IMG/VR virus record: IMGVR_UViG_3300049926_000042
Coordinates: 23,316 to 87,315 of that record
DNA: 64,000 bases
Direction: 5' to 3' (one strand)
From: a virus
Lineage: Duplodnaviria > Caudoviricetes
Below, piece after piece: positions 44,901 through 54,096 of the stretch. Position 1 is the first letter of the stretch; the number at the start of each line of letters is the position of its first letter. A program made the translations under genes and the position numbers. The notes beneath the pieces are model-generated. The model worked only from the letters and a program-made list of their open reading frames with translations. It was not told where the DNA came from and did no database searches.

Positions 44901-45399
44901 AGCTCGCCATGACGCTGGTCATGGCGTTGGTGACGTCCGCCAGGTTCGCGTTCTCCTCCTTCGCGCCCTGTGCCGCAGCCTTCAGCACCTTCAGGCCACC
45001 GGCCCCCCGGAACCCGGCCTTCTCGATGGTGTACATACCATCGGTCAAGTTCTTGATCCCCGTACCGGTGCCCTTTGAGATGTCGAGGATGCCTGACCGT
45101 ACGACCTTCAGACCCTTGGCAGACTCACCGGCCGCCGTCTGGAGAACAGCAGTCTCAGCTTGGAAATCACCGGCCATTTTGACAGCGGCCACGGCCACAC
45201 CAGCGCCGACGAGAGTGACGCCCTTGCCGATCTTGGCCATGGACGGAAGGACGGTAGCGGCGGCAGCCTTCAGGCCACGGGTGGACCCGTCCAACTGAGA
45301 CCGGGCCGTCCGCATGGACGTCATGAGCTGAGGACCGAACTTTTTGAAATCCGGGAGGATCTCTACGAGACCCCGGCCGACGATCTCAGTTGCCGCCAT
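41995..45399 (-). CDS. Tape measure protein with C-terminal lytic transglycosylase
   Basis: TP901-type N-terminal region, TM/aromatic repeats, and SLT motifs MQQESGGNP...GLMQVI..TF. Confidence 0.9.
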   Translation of the reverse strand: MAATEIVGRGLVEILPDFKKFGPQLMTSMRTARSQLDGSTRGLKAAAATVLPSMAKIGKGVTLVGAGVAVAAVKMAGDFQAETAVLQTAAGESAKGLKVVRSGILDISKGTGTGIKNLTDGMYTIEKAGFRGAGGLKVLKAAAQGAKEENANLADVTNAMTSVMASYHLKVTDSVRVMNALKTSAGEGKITMEEFSSALSTVLPIASANKISFEEVGGAIATLTQHGTSAREATQELAATIRQLAAPNNVAMREMQRFGLSANDVSMNLGKRGLTGTFDLLTSTILSKMGPSGKILLSAFEGTKQSAKNAQIELGKMPPELKKVAKGYLEGKISLEDWNQNMKDVDVRQAPMLRNFKTLVDRSHGFSRELKSGGPDAKTYTDALRKMSGGAIGLNTILQLTGESMAGFKERVKKTGESFHNGSKDVEGWAITQNLFNTRMQRLKQTLDVLMIQIGTKLLPVVGALMGFFADNQGVVVGLIGTFAGLLGIFAAVYIGMKLYAVYTGIAAAATWAFSTANGASRAQMLGLRIQMAALWAQEKAMVAVAGVAAAAQWVWNLSIGSTSAALIATRVQLAALVVWQRIQAIGTGIATAAQWAWNIAMEANPIGLVIMAVGLLVGAILYIAGRTTWFETAWKYTWNAIKVAAFAVWHAMQAVWDGLVIGYHAVLDAGKAVWRWIKVNWPYLIGMLGGPFGIAVVYIIKHWGQAKSFIIDAWNSIYRNVVQPIIHFFTSTIPGAANAMKNGMVRAFRSTLIFVLDVFGNILKGAAKIFGWVPGVGGKLKSAVRAFQNFRDSVNKALGGVSGKTVNVPVSFRTVGGTKIFTRAGGGAIEKGATGTSTSDSNVVLMSKGEHVWSAKEVQGAGGHSAVSDMRAAAKSGNLPAFANGGTLGARFTGIPSYNRIKGAMAKAVRAEIDLHKKALFNSLPMAMVASGVAGGGSAPKGGANHWRSLVITMLQMVGQSTGLVNTVLRRMQQESGGNPNIVNKWDSNWKAGHPSVGLMQVIAGTFRAYAGKYRNTGPFSYGVSVNPAANIYASFRYALSRYGSLSNAFNRAGGYDRGGKLMPGWTAAWNGTGRPETVRTAAQESALGGGGSITIVLENHGVIGSQAEVKNWLVKALDDLAHAHRLPKSITG

Positions 45400-45747
45400 C
45401 GAGAGTCACCCCCTGCATATCCAGGAAGGACTGAGACGCGTCTTCATCTCCGGACCACCACCACGGGGCTCCGGCATCTACTTCCGCAATCTCACGCTCA
45501 GGGGCACCAGGCAGACGCCAAGAGGCCACGCCGATCTGACCGTCGAACGCTGCGCGTGCGGCTTCCATCGTCTGACCCTCTTCGGTGACCAAGCTGTTCA
45601 CCATCGCGTTATAGATCACATTCAGGAACTGATCGAGGGGAAGATCTAGGAGGTCGACTCCTCGCCCGGCATGTTCACCGTCGAGCTGATGCCAGTTACC
45701 GGGTCGGGCGGCCCAGTTGCAGAGCTGACCGACGGTTCCATAGGGCG
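45386..45747 (-). CDS. Tail assembly chaperone, post-frameshift segment
   Basis: The -1 frame is open from CGC-CCT (45747-45742) through ...HQLDGE...GVDLLDLPLDQFLNVIY... to 45386. Confidence 0.65.
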
Positions 45748-46056
45748 CAGGCCGTACTCACCCATGACCCACTCGATGACCGCATTCACCTGATTGAGGT
45801 CGATCGGCTGATCAGAATCAGCCATGCGGATCTCGAACCTCTTGTATGACTCGGGCTTGAGAGCAGCCTCCAAGATCGACATCATGGCGGCCATCTGATC
45901 TTCGCCAGTGCTCTTCTCGGTGATCGCGTCGAACTTCACGGCGAAGTTCATCAGCACCCGAGCGGGCAACGCGGGCGCGCAATGGAACACATCATCGTCG
46001 ATCTTGAAGCTGATCGACGGCCTGTCCTGGGTGAAATCTCTCATGATCGGCACCAT
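45646..46056 (-). CDS. Tail assembly chaperone
   Basis: Directly upstream of the tape measure; IEWVMGEYGLRP ending typical of actinophage chaperones. Confidence 0.75.
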   Translation of the reverse strand: MVPIMRDFTQDRPSISFKIDDDVFHCAPALPARVLMNFAVKFDAITEKSTGEDQMAAMMSILEAALKPESYKRFEIRMADSDQPIDLNQVNAVIEWVMGEYGLRPMEPSVSSATGPPDPVTGISSTVNMPGEESTS

Positions 46057-46145
46057 ACCGGCGCAGAAACCATGATCTTTCCGGACGCGTAGCTATGCAC
46101 CGCACAGGCATATATACGATCACGACGGGTGAGAATAAAAGAAGT

Positions 46146-46260
46146 TACTACTTCGTAGAGTAGTAAAAGCCACAGGTGCCCGCCTAATGAGATCGTTTGG
46201 GTACCCGTGTGGGATTGCATCACCTTCGGTTTTGGGGGATTTCCGCAGGTCAGAGCTTTA
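46146..46260 (+). repeat. Copy 2 of the 115-bp dispersed intergenic repeat
   Basis: Collinear with 8116-8230 at a constant offset of 38,030 bp. Confidence 0.9.
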
Positions 46261-46316
46261 TCAATACCAGCGGGTAGCTTCGAAGCTCTGTGTTGATGGC
46301 TCCGGCTGCATACTTC

Positions 46317-46691
46317 TCAAAGCGTCCTGGAGGCCAACATCGCCTTCATCAGAAAGTTGTTTGCCTTGGTGCCCGGGTGATGAACCATACGGGCGTACAC
46401 AACCTTGCCGCTGACCACGAATCTCAACATCTTTTTGTTCCTGGCAACGATCACGTGGGGCTTCGTGCCGTGGAGAACGAAGTGAGTCGCCGGGTGATCG
46501 GAGATCACGATGCCGAGTCCACCGGCCATCGGTGAGACCGTGACCCTGATGTGTTGCTTCATGGTTCCGGGCGCAGTGATCTTCGCGATGGCTGCCGTCT
46601 TGTAGGTGATCTTCGCGACCATCTCACGGCTCGCCTTCTCGCGGAGACGACGGACAGCGGCCGGATTGATCGTTACGAAGTCACCGGCCAT
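46317..46691 (-). CDS. Neck / tail-completion protein (HK97 gp10-like)
   Basis: HGTKPHVI...VHHPGTKANNFLMKAM. Confidence 0.65.
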   Translation of the reverse strand: MAGDFVTINPAAVRRLREKASREMVAKITYKTAAIAKITAPGTMKQHIRVTVSPMAGGLGIVISDHPATHFVLHGTKPHVIVARNKKMLRFVVSGKVVYARMVHHPGTKANNFLMKAMLASRTL

Positions 46692-47197
46692 CACCCCACC
46701 GCCAGTCCGGCGTACAGCCGGAGTTCGGATCCGGCGCATGCGCCTTCGGGCCCGAGGAACAACTGATCACGAATGAAGTAGTCGAGACGCTGCGGGATGT
46801 CTTCCTTCAGCGAGCACAACGCCTTCGTGACCGACCGGCGTACCTGATTGGCGTCGATCAAGGTCTGTTTCGCGGCGTCCGACAGAGCAGTCACCGTAGG
46901 GGCCTGCTGACCATTCAACGCCTGCGGCGCGCATCGGACGATCTGGACGGAGATCTCTGCCAGCTCGTAGGCCGGAGAACAGCTGCCCATCAGAACCAGC
47001 GTGACCTGTTCGGTGGGGAAAGCCTCGGTCGGCGCGACCCGAGTCACCGACACCGCGAGCTGTCCATCACAGCAGTCGTCCCAGGCGATCTGGCCGGTGG
47101 TGATCAACGCACGGTTCACGGCCTTGGTGATGGCACCGTTGGCGGCTGCCAAGATCGCCGTTGCCACGGTGTACCACTTGTCGTCACCACTGATCAC
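46691..47197 (-). CDS. Probable tail terminator / completion protein
   Basis: IAWDDCCDGQL...VRC...QLFLGPEGACAG pattern; position in the neck module. Confidence 0.5.
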   Translation of the reverse strand: MISGDDKWYTVATAILAAANGAITKAVNRALITTGQIAWDDCCDGQLAVSVTRVAPTEAFPTEQVTLVLMGSCSPAYELAEISVQIVRCAPQALNGQQAPTVTALSDAAKQTLIDANQVRRSVTKALCSLKEDIPQRLDYFIRDQLFLGPEGACAGSELRLYAGLAVG

Positions 47198-47340
47198 AGC
47201 GGATACCTTTCCCAGACCTTCGCCAGGGTGTTCAGATCACGGACTCGCTGCCACTTCCCGATGGGCCCGAAGTTGAACACATAGACCTCGAAGTTCCTCA
47301 TGTCCCGGGCCCACTTCCACTGCTTCCACCAGCGCTTCAT
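47194..47340 (-). CDS. Small Trp-rich protein
   Basis: Coupled on both sides within the structural operon. Confidence 0.35.
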   Translation of the reverse strand: MKRWWKQWKWARDMRNFEVYVFNFGPIGKWQRVRDLNTLAKVWERYPL

Positions 47341-48125
47341 GACGGCCGCCGGTGCGCGACTCTGTCGACGCTGTAGACCCTGGACCTGTTCATCAGCCGG
47401 TTGGGATTGGCCCATGCCAGGAACATGTCGGTGAGATAGAGACCTGTCCGGCCGTCCTTGAACAGCTCTCCGAAATCAGGGATGGAGACCGTCACGCCCT
47501 GCCTGGTCAACTGAGTCACGCCGGGAGGCAGACGGCAATCTTCACCGGCCATCGCCCTGAGCAACTCGCAGGTGAGTTCGCCCATGGCCAGCTGCCCGAT
47601 CTCCGGGACGTCCTCGCCGTACAGAGCGGTCACCGACCAGGTCCCGACCTGGCTGTCGTCCTTGTTCAGGTCGTTGCACCGGGGCCACTTCTGGCCGTCT
47701 GTCCGGATCAGAAGCCGGTTGTTGTCGACTCGGTAGATGCCGGTCACAGCCACGCCGTCAAGCTTGACGTTGACGATCGAACTGACCGGGCTGGGGAGAA
47801 TCACCTCGGAGATCTCAGCACACGAGCATGTGCCCGAGCACCCGCCACAGCCCATCGAAAACCACGGCCAGCCGTTCATCGATCCCGCGTAGCTCCAACT
47901 CGTGGTCCACGGAGGGCCGTACGTCAGCCACCAGGGGGAGTCATAGCACTCCTTCCGGCACGGCCGGAGAGTCACCTGACAGGTTCCGAAGCGTCGGCCG
48001 GACAACCCCCAGAGCACCTGAGTGGCGGCGGTTGCCGCGATGCCGGTGGCTGTCGGCGATGCGGTCGAGACATCGCATGTCCAACGGGGGGTCCAGTTCG
48101 AGCACGGGCCGAAATCAGCAGTCAT
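47337..48125 (-). CDS. Head-to-tail adaptor
   Basis: LWGLSGRRFG.C...RPC...CELLRA..G.DCRLP...TRQGVT...TGL...D. Confidence 0.7.
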   Translation of the reverse strand: MTADFGPCSNWTPRWTCDVSTASPTATGIAATAATQVLWGLSGRRFGTCQVTLRPCRKECYDSPWWLTYGPPWTTSWSYAGSMNGWPWFSMGCGGCSGTCSCAEISEVILPSPVSSIVNVKLDGVAVTGIYRVDNNRLLIRTDGQKWPRCNDLNKDDSQVGTWSVTALYGEDVPEIGQLAMGELTCELLRAMAGEDCRLPPGVTQLTRQGVTVSIPDFGELFKDGRTGLYLTDMFLAWANPNRLMNRSRVYSVDRVAHRRPS

Positions 48126-48132
48126 GATCCCC

Positions 48133-48471
48133 TCAGATCGCCGGGACCGGGCCGACGGCCGCACGGACGTCGAACTTGATCAGGATGGAGTCATACCGGA
48201 GTGCGCCATTGCCGACCCACATCTCGGCCTGATAGCTACCAGCCGTAGCGAACTCAGTGCCTACCCACGTGTAGGTGATGATGCCGCTGGCCGGGGTGGA
48301 GACAGTCGCGTTGTAGGTCGTCGCCGTCCCGTACTTCTCCTTGACGACGAACTTGGCGGTATAGCCGGTGAGGTTGATCGCCACCCCGGCGGAGTCGAGA
48401 AACTGATAGGTCAAGGGCGGAGGCTTCTCGCCGACCACGTAGGGTCCGGCGACCACACTTGGGGACGTCAT
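48133..48471 (-). CDS. BppU N-terminal-like small structural protein
   Basis: INLTGYTAKF...GIITYTW...AG.YQAEMWV. Confidence 0.55.
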   Translation of the reverse strand: MTSPSVVAGPYVVGEKPPPLTYQFLDSAGVAINLTGYTAKFVVKEKYGTATTYNATVSTPASGIITYTWVGTEFATAGSYQAEMWVGNGALRYDSILIKFDVRAAVGPVPAI

Positions 48472-50246
48472 GCGTGGCCCACCTCCTGTCCTGACACGTC
48501 TTGATCAGGCTCTGCGCCCGACACAGACGATACCGGCTCCCGGCCCGATGATCCGCCGGGCTCTCGGCTGGACACAGAGATCGCGGCAGGCTCACGTCCA
48601 GATACCCCGGCACTGTCTTGGCCGGTCAAGATCGTTCCGACTTCTCGGCCGGACAGAGCAGAGGACTCTCGGCCGGTGAAGATCATATTGGCCGGTTCGC
48701 GCCCGTAGGCTCCGCCAGGCTCTGCACTCGCCATCGCGTACGCGGGCTCTCGGCCGGTCAAGATCGTATTTGGCTCTCGGCCGGACACGTCCTCATGGCT
48801 GACCGGCGGCAGGCTGACGTCGAATGCACTGCCGGTGCCGGAAGCGAATCCGGCATTGATCATGATGGCGGTGAAGTCGTCCAGAGCAGAGCCGGTAGCG
48901 GTTGCCACGTCAGCGAAAGCAGTGACCCCGGAAGTTGTCGACACCGTTGCGTCGAGGGCGTTGCCTGTACCCTGACCGACGTCGGCTGACACAGCCATGG
49001 CGGTCATAGGGTCGGACGCGATACCGGCCGCCGTGGCGAAGCCACCAGCGCCCGCCAGAGCGGTCGTAGGGTCGAGGGCTGTACTGGTGCTCGCGGAGAC
49101 CCCAGGGAGCGCGGTGGTGCCCCCGGCAGTGTCGCTGGCGGTACCGGCACCGCTCGCGACTCCGTCTGTCGCGGTCAGTGCAGATGTCACGTCCGAGGCA
49201 GATCCGGCCGCTGAAGCCAGACCGGCCAGAACGATCACAGACGCCTGAGTATCCGAAGCGCTGCCGGTGCCGGATGCGAAATCGGACAGAGCACCCAGGG
49301 CGGCAGTGACGTCGAGAGCACTGCCGGTGGATGTCGCCACATCAGCGTTCGCGGTGGTCGCACCCGAGACGTTGGCGGTGGCGTCAAAGGCGTTGGCGGT
49401 GGCCGTGGCGACGTCGGGTAGCGCGGTGATACTGGGCGTCGAGTCGAGAGCTGAACCAGCGCCAGACGCGATGTCAGCCGTTCCAGTGAGGCTGATCGCC
49501 ATATCGCTCGCGGTGCCGGTCGAGCTGGCAGCTCCGGGCAGTGCAGCGAGTGCGGCAGTCGTGTCGAGTCCTGCGCCGGTGCCGGACGCGATACCGACAG
49601 TGACTACCAGGTCAATGGATCCGGAGTCACTTGCAGTGCCAGTGCCTGATCCCACGCCGGGCAGAGCACCGAGGGCAGCCGTGACGTCACTCGCGTTGCC
49701 GGTGCCGGATGCGATGTCGGCCACAGCAGTGATCCCCGGCTGGCCGGTGGCATCGAAAGCTGTGCCAGTGCTGGTGGCTACGTCCGGCAGTGCGACCAGT
49801 TGCGACGAGACATCGAATGCTGTACCAGCCGACCCGTTCGCAGCACTGGGAAGTGCGATGAGTTGCGACGAGACATCGAATGCCGAACCAGTGCCGGATG
49901 CGATATCCGCCGTGGAGGAGATCGACACAGCGACGTCAAATGCGGTACCGGCACCGCTCGACATACCCGGGAAGATCGACAGCGAGATCGTGACGTCAGA
50001 AGCAGTCGCCGTCGCCGTCGCGATGTCAGGCAGACCAGAGATCGCCACGACAGCGTCAAAGGCGGTACCGGCCGAACCGGTGGTGACCTCAGGCAAAGCA
50101 CCGATCGCAGCGGTGGCGTCGGATGCTGATCCGGAAGCAGTCGCGATTCCAGCCGTGGCAACGACGTCATTGGCTGTTGCGAACTGGAACGGCTGGATGA
50201 TCGTGATGTACGAACCGGCGGGCTTTACCCGCCCCAGCCTGGCCAT
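48468..50246 (-). CDS. Ala/Ser/Thr-rich repeat protein, probable virion fibre
   Basis: Many roughly 19-aa (A/P)D(I/V)A(S/T)xxGxAxD repeats, then about a dozen (S/T)GRE(P)-like repeats at the C-terminus. Confidence 0.65.
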   Translation of the reverse strand: MARLGRVKPAGSYITIIQPFQFATANDVVATAGIATASGSASDATAAIGALPEVTTGSAGTAFDAVVAISGLPDIATATATASDVTISLSIFPGMSSGAGTAFDVAVSISSTADIASGTGSAFDVSSQLIALPSAANGSAGTAFDVSSQLVALPDVATSTGTAFDATGQPGITAVADIASGTGNASDVTAALGALPGVGSGTGTASDSGSIDLVVTVGIASGTGAGLDTTAALAALPGAASSTGTASDMAISLTGTADIASGAGSALDSTPSITALPDVATATANAFDATANVSGATTANADVATSTGSALDVTAALGALSDFASGTGSASDTQASVIVLAGLASAAGSASDVTSALTATDGVASGAGTASDTAGGTTALPGVSASTSTALDPTTALAGAGGFATAAGIASDPMTAMAVSADVGQGTGNALDATVSTTSGVTAFADVATATGSALDDFTAIMINAGFASGTGSAFDVSLPPVSHEDVSGREPNTILTGREPAYAMASAEPGGAYGREPANMIFTGRESSALSGREVGTILTGQDSAGVSGREPAAISVSSREPGGSSGREPVSSVSGAEPDQDVSGQEVGHA

Positions 50247-50743
50247 TACGCCTCGAAGAGGATGTACGCGATAGCCGTCACAGAGGCTGCTGTGTTGATC
50301 CGGAGTTGGCAGAACTTGGACGGCAGGACGATGCAGTCACGTCCAAGTGGCCACTGTTGAGCAAACTGGGTAGTTGGCGAGACAAAGGCACCCCAGTACT
50401 GACGCTCTGTGGTGTTGGTAGTGATCGCTCCGTTGCCGAAGCCTGAAGATCCAGTGCCCATGGTCAGGTTGGACACCACTGAACTGTCACTGATGGGCAT
50501 GATCGTACTTGTACTGTGCGCCGTGGTCATCGTGGACGCGGCCGACGCCTGCGCGAGCGTGCAGATGGCAGAGGCGGCGGCTGCGAACGCGTTGAAACTG
50601 ATCCCTACCTCGACCAGCCGGAGGTCGTCACCGGCCGGGGTGGCGAGCTGGATAGCAACCTTGGCACCGGCCGCGTAGATGGTGCCGCCCATCTGTCCGG
50701 TGGTGGCGTCGATCGCGCAGTTGAAGGCGGAATACAGAGTCAT
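50246..50743 (-). CDS. Hypothetical structural protein
   Basis: Beta-rich; located in the virion operon. Confidence 0.55.
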   Translation of the reverse strand: MTLYSAFNCAIDATTGQMGGTIYAAGAKVAIQLATPAGDDLRLVEVGISFNAFAAAASAICTLAQASAASTMTTAHSTSTIMPISDSSVVSNLTMGTGSSGFGNGAITTNTTERQYWGAFVSPTTQFAQQWPLGRDCIVLPSKFCQLRINTAASVTAIAYILFEA

Positions 50744-50749
50744 GGCCGG

Positions 50750-51331
50750 TCACCTCACCGCTGCTCGGTTGACGCTCTGGAGGACGGACACGGGAGCAGG
50801 GACGGAGAGCTGCCGGGCCAAAAGAATCGTGTCCAGGAAGACGGTGTCACCCGTCGCCATCCCCGAGACGTACTCGAAGTTGAACCGGGCGAAAGCGGCG
50901 GTGGCAGGAGAGGCCGCGAGGATTGAGGGAACGGAGTACGTCCACTGGTTCTGCACTGCTGCCGTGTTAGCCCACACTGGGGAGAAGTCGGAGATGTAGA
51001 CCTGGCCGCTCGTGTACCACTCACCTTTGACGTGGAAGACTCCGGCCGCCACTGCCGTGAACACGGAGTAGCTCGCTACGTACAAGGTGTTGGCAACGAC
51101 AGGGATCTCTGTGTTGCCGTTGACCGACATCGACCCGGTACCGGTGCCGCGCACATGCTTGCAGGAGAACGTCCCTTGATTGGCCGGATCAGTGGTCCCG
51201 TTGCTCTGGCCGACCGCCGACGCCTGACCGCCGGAGAGCTGCCACACCCCCGGAAACCCCGCTTCGAAGCTCTGCGCGTTGGCGCTGACAACGTTTGGAC
51301 CCCATTGCGCGGCCGACTTGATGACCGTCAT
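50750..51331 (-). CDS. Structural protein with a carbohydrate-binding-module-like fold
   Basis: NAQSFEAG...W...GTFSCK...YVASYSV...EWY...TVFLDTI pattern. Confidence 0.5.
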   Translation of the reverse strand: MTVIKSAAQWGPNVVSANAQSFEAGFPGVWQLSGGQASAVGQSNGTTDPANQGTFSCKHVRGTGTGSMSVNGNTEIPVVANTLYVASYSVFTAVAAGVFHVKGEWYTSGQVYISDFSPVWANTAAVQNQWTYSVPSILAASPATAAFARFNFEYVSGMATGDTVFLDTILLARQLSVPAPVSVLQSVNRAAVR

Positions 51332-51343
51332 GAAGTACCTCCC

Positions 51344-51610
51344 TCAGGCGGCGACACCGAACGCGAGGAGGTAACCGGCATCAGCTGATACACCGGCCGG
51401 GATGGTGATGATCGTGTTGGCAGACGCAACAGCGGCGACGGCACCGGCCACGGTGGTTCCGAGCAAGACAGCTCGCTTGACCACGGTGAAGTCTTGCGCA
51501 AGGTCAACAGTGTCGCCGGTGGTGATGTTGCGCAGGGCGTACAGCGCGGTGCGCTCGGCCAAGCCGTCTTGCCACTGCTTCGGGTACCGGGGCGGATCGA
51601 GGGCAGCCAT
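51344..51610 (-). CDS. Hypothetical structural protein
   Basis: ATG at 51610 overlaps the upstream stop. Confidence 0.5.
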   Translation of the reverse strand: MAALDPPRYPKQWQDGLAERTALYALRNITTGDTVDLAQDFTVVKRAVLLGTTVAGAVAAVASANTIITIPAGVSADAGYLLAFGVAA

Positions 51611-52107
51611 CAGACCACCACGTTCATGATTCCCGAGGCGTTGAAGACCACGGAGAAGGTTCCAGCCGTGACCGACTGGGGGCCACCGAACCAGTTGAAG
51701 CACAGTCCCTGATCGGCGATCGTGCCGCCAGTGATCGTGTCGTCGTAGATCAGGCAGCCTTCCACGGATGCCATGGTGGCTGTTGCCACCGACGTCAGGT
51801 CGGCAGCGTCCAGGGTGATGGTTCCCGCGCTGGCCGCATTCGTCTTGGAGGCCAAGGCCCGGCCACCGGCGACCCAGTCAGTGCCACCGGTCTTCTCGTT
51901 CGCCACTACCCACTGCGAGGCAGCGGAGTTGTATCCGCTGGTGGCGAGGGAGGCGTTCCGGTCAGGAGTAATACCGGCGGCAAACAGCGCGCACTTGATC
52001 GTGTCGGTCAGGAAGCCGGTGTAGAGAGTGGGGGGAGTGCCACCGGATCCGTTGAAGAGAGGGTTCTTGACCCACTCCTGGAAGATCTTGCTGTTGGCCC
52101 ATGCCAT
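51610..52107 (-). CDS. Hypothetical structural protein
   Basis: DTIKCALF...GGRAL...TLDAAD...IYDDT...FGGPQSVTAGTFSV. Confidence 0.6.
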   Translation of the reverse strand: MAWANSKIFQEWVKNPLFNGSGGTPPTLYTGFLTDTIKCALFAAGITPDRNASLATSGYNSAASQWVVANEKTGGTDWVAGGRALASKTNAASAGTITLDAADLTSVATATMASVEGCLIYDDTITGGTIADQGLCFNWFGGPQSVTAGTFSVVFNASGIMNVVV

Positions 52108-52110
52108 CGG

Positions 52111-52425
52111 TCAGCCCACCTTCATCTGCGCCGTAGGCGCGAACACGATCACGTCATTGGAGCCATCATCCCGCTCCGTTACGACGTTCATGACCGGGCG
52201 GCCGTCGGCGTCCAGATGGACCAGTTCGTCTCCGATGTAGTCCTCACGCTCGTGCGCGATGACCCGGCACCGCACTCCGGCCGGAACCATGGGGGCGGTG
52301 ATTCCGGCCAGAGCGCGGCAACTGTGGAATCTGTTCTGCATGTCCCAGGTCGTGACGTCCTCCGCCAAGCAGTTGGGACAGACCCAACGCTTGGGCGGAG
52401 GCGACAGAAGGACAGCAGCCATCAC
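52111..52425 (-). CDS. Small Cys-containing protein
   Basis: CPNC...HSC...EREDYIG pattern. Confidence 0.55.
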   Translation of the reverse strand: MMAAVLLSPPPKRWVCPNCLAEDVTTWDMQNRFHSCRALAGITAPMVPAGVRCRVIAHEREDYIGDELVHLDADGRPVMNVVTERDDGSNDVIVFAPTAQMKVG

Positions 52426-53105
52426 AGAGCCGCCAGCGGGTCACAGGCCGCCGTCGGGGGTGCGGTGGTCGTGATGTTCCAGAGCCAGTGTTCGGTACCG
52501 GTCACGGTGAATCCGGCCGGGAGCCAGGAAGCACTTCCGTTCTTGGCCAGCCATCCGGTGGTGGCCGACGTCGATACAGCACGGGTCTCCGACATGATCT
52601 GAAGGGTGGACCTGGCCAGCTCGATCGTGTAGCCACCGAGCTTAGAGGCTCCACAGTTCGGCCATGCGTTGTAGATGTACTGCTGAAGGCCGGAGGCGTT
52701 GCACGCTCCGGATCCGGCGACTTCCTGCCAGACCTCCAGCGAGTAGCGGTTGACCGGCGATCCCTCGGAGACCGCGAAACCGTAGCCGGTCGTCGCGCCC
52801 ACGGTGAGCGCTCGTGCGCTCGCCATATAGGCGGCACCGAGCACGTTGACCTGACAGAAGTCGATCGTCAGGTTCATGCGCTTGAGAACCGGGTCATCCT
52901 TCTGGTTGACACAGACGCCGCCGGACGCAGTGCGCTCGAAGAACTCAACGCCGTCTTCGTACTGCGGGTCCTGCGCCACCTGAGTGAAGGCGGCGTTCAC
53001 GATCTGCATACCGGACGTGCCGGTGACAGGGTTGCCACAGACGTCCAGTTGGGTCATGCGATAGACGCGCCCCTTAATCGGAGCTGCACAGTTAGACGTG
53101 GCCAC
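52422..53105 (-). CDS. Major tail (tube) protein
   Basis: GRVYRMTQLDVCG...YEDG.EF..R.A.G..CVN...LKR..L.I.FC pattern of actinophage tail tubes. Confidence 0.7.
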   Translation of the reverse strand: MATSNCAAPIKGRVYRMTQLDVCGNPVTGTSGMQIVNAAFTQVAQDPQYEDGVEFFERTASGGVCVNQKDDPVLKRMNLTIDFCQVNVLGAAYMASARALTVGATTGYGFAVSEGSPVNRYSLEVWQEVAGSGACNASGLQQYIYNAWPNCGASKLGGYTIELARSTLQIMSETRAVSTSATTGWLAKNGSASWLPAGFTVTGTEHWLWNITTTAPPTAACDPLAAL

Positions 53106-53116
53106 GGTTCAACTCC

Positions 53117-54037
53117 TTAGGTAGGCACGCCGAGTTGTATCTGAGTGGCGAACAGGCAGCACTCAAATCCGAGGACGTATACCTGTTCCGCGATCATGTG
53201 GTACGTGTTCTCGGTCCGGTCGAACAGCTCAACCAGAGAGCCGATGTTGACCGACGCCTGATAGCCGAAGACTGCTCCGGTGCCGTAGATCCACGTCGAG
53301 CCAGCGGCCGGTGTCGACCCCCATGGAGACGTTCCGGCGTATCCCTGACCGACAACCACCCGGTTGCCAGTAACGGTGTAGAGACCGCCGTCCCTCTCCT
53401 CGACGAGATCCCAGGCGACGAACGTCGGGAGGGCGACCGTCGGGATGTGGATCACACCTACGCCGTGGTAGCAGGCGGCGAGTGCACCCTGAAGCTGACC
53501 GAGGCCATCGGCCACGTCGGTGGTCGCGCTGCCGGTAACGGACGTGTTAGCGGCAGGCTGGAGGGTGATGGTCGAGTTGTTCGGATCGACGATCGCGGCG
53601 TTGGCCGCGAGGTGCGGGAAGACCGTGGTCTGAGCCACACCGCCCGAAGTCGTCTTACCGGCCACGCCGGTCCAGAACGCCTTTTCGAGCTGGTAGGCGG
53701 ACACCTTGTTCAGCGCCGTTTCGGCGATGGTGGCAGCGTCCTGAAGACCGACCGGGGAACAGTCGAACTCCGCATAACAGACGAACGACGTAGCGCCCCG
53801 GTTGGTCTGAGTGATGTTCTGCGACAGAGCAGCCTGACCACTGGCCGGTGCGCCACCAGTGCCGGTGACAGCGATGCACTCCTCGTAGAGGGTGTCGCCG
53901 TTGCCACAACGCTCGACCCAGGTGATTCCGTTCTGCCAGTGATTCGTGGCTGCCGTCGGCTTCTGGATCGCGTCCCACAGGCCGTACGGCAGCGTGGTGA
54001 AGGACGGGCCTTCGACAACCAATCGGGGTCCGGCCAT
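53117..54037 (-). CDS. Minor capsid / capsid-associated protein
   Basis: Directly after the capsid gene; HWQNGITW, LEKAFW and G..VVVG.GY. Confidence 0.6.
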   Translation of the reverse strand: MAGPRLVVEGPSFTTLPYGLWDAIQKPTAATNHWQNGITWVERCGNGDTLYEECIAVTGTGGAPASGQAALSQNITQTNRGATSFVCYAEFDCSPVGLQDAATIAETALNKVSAYQLEKAFWTGVAGKTTSGGVAQTTVFPHLAANAAIVDPNNSTITLQPAANTSVTGSATTDVADGLGQLQGALAACYHGVGVIHIPTVALPTFVAWDLVEERDGGLYTVTGNRVVVGQGYAGTSPWGSTPAAGSTWIYGTGAVFGYQASVNIGSLVELFDRTENTYHMIAEQVYVLGFECCLFATQIQLGVPT

Positions 54038-54096
54038 GAGTCACCACCCTTCCATGTGGCCCAGCCGCCCCCTTCCGGGGGCGACTGGGGAGCAGA

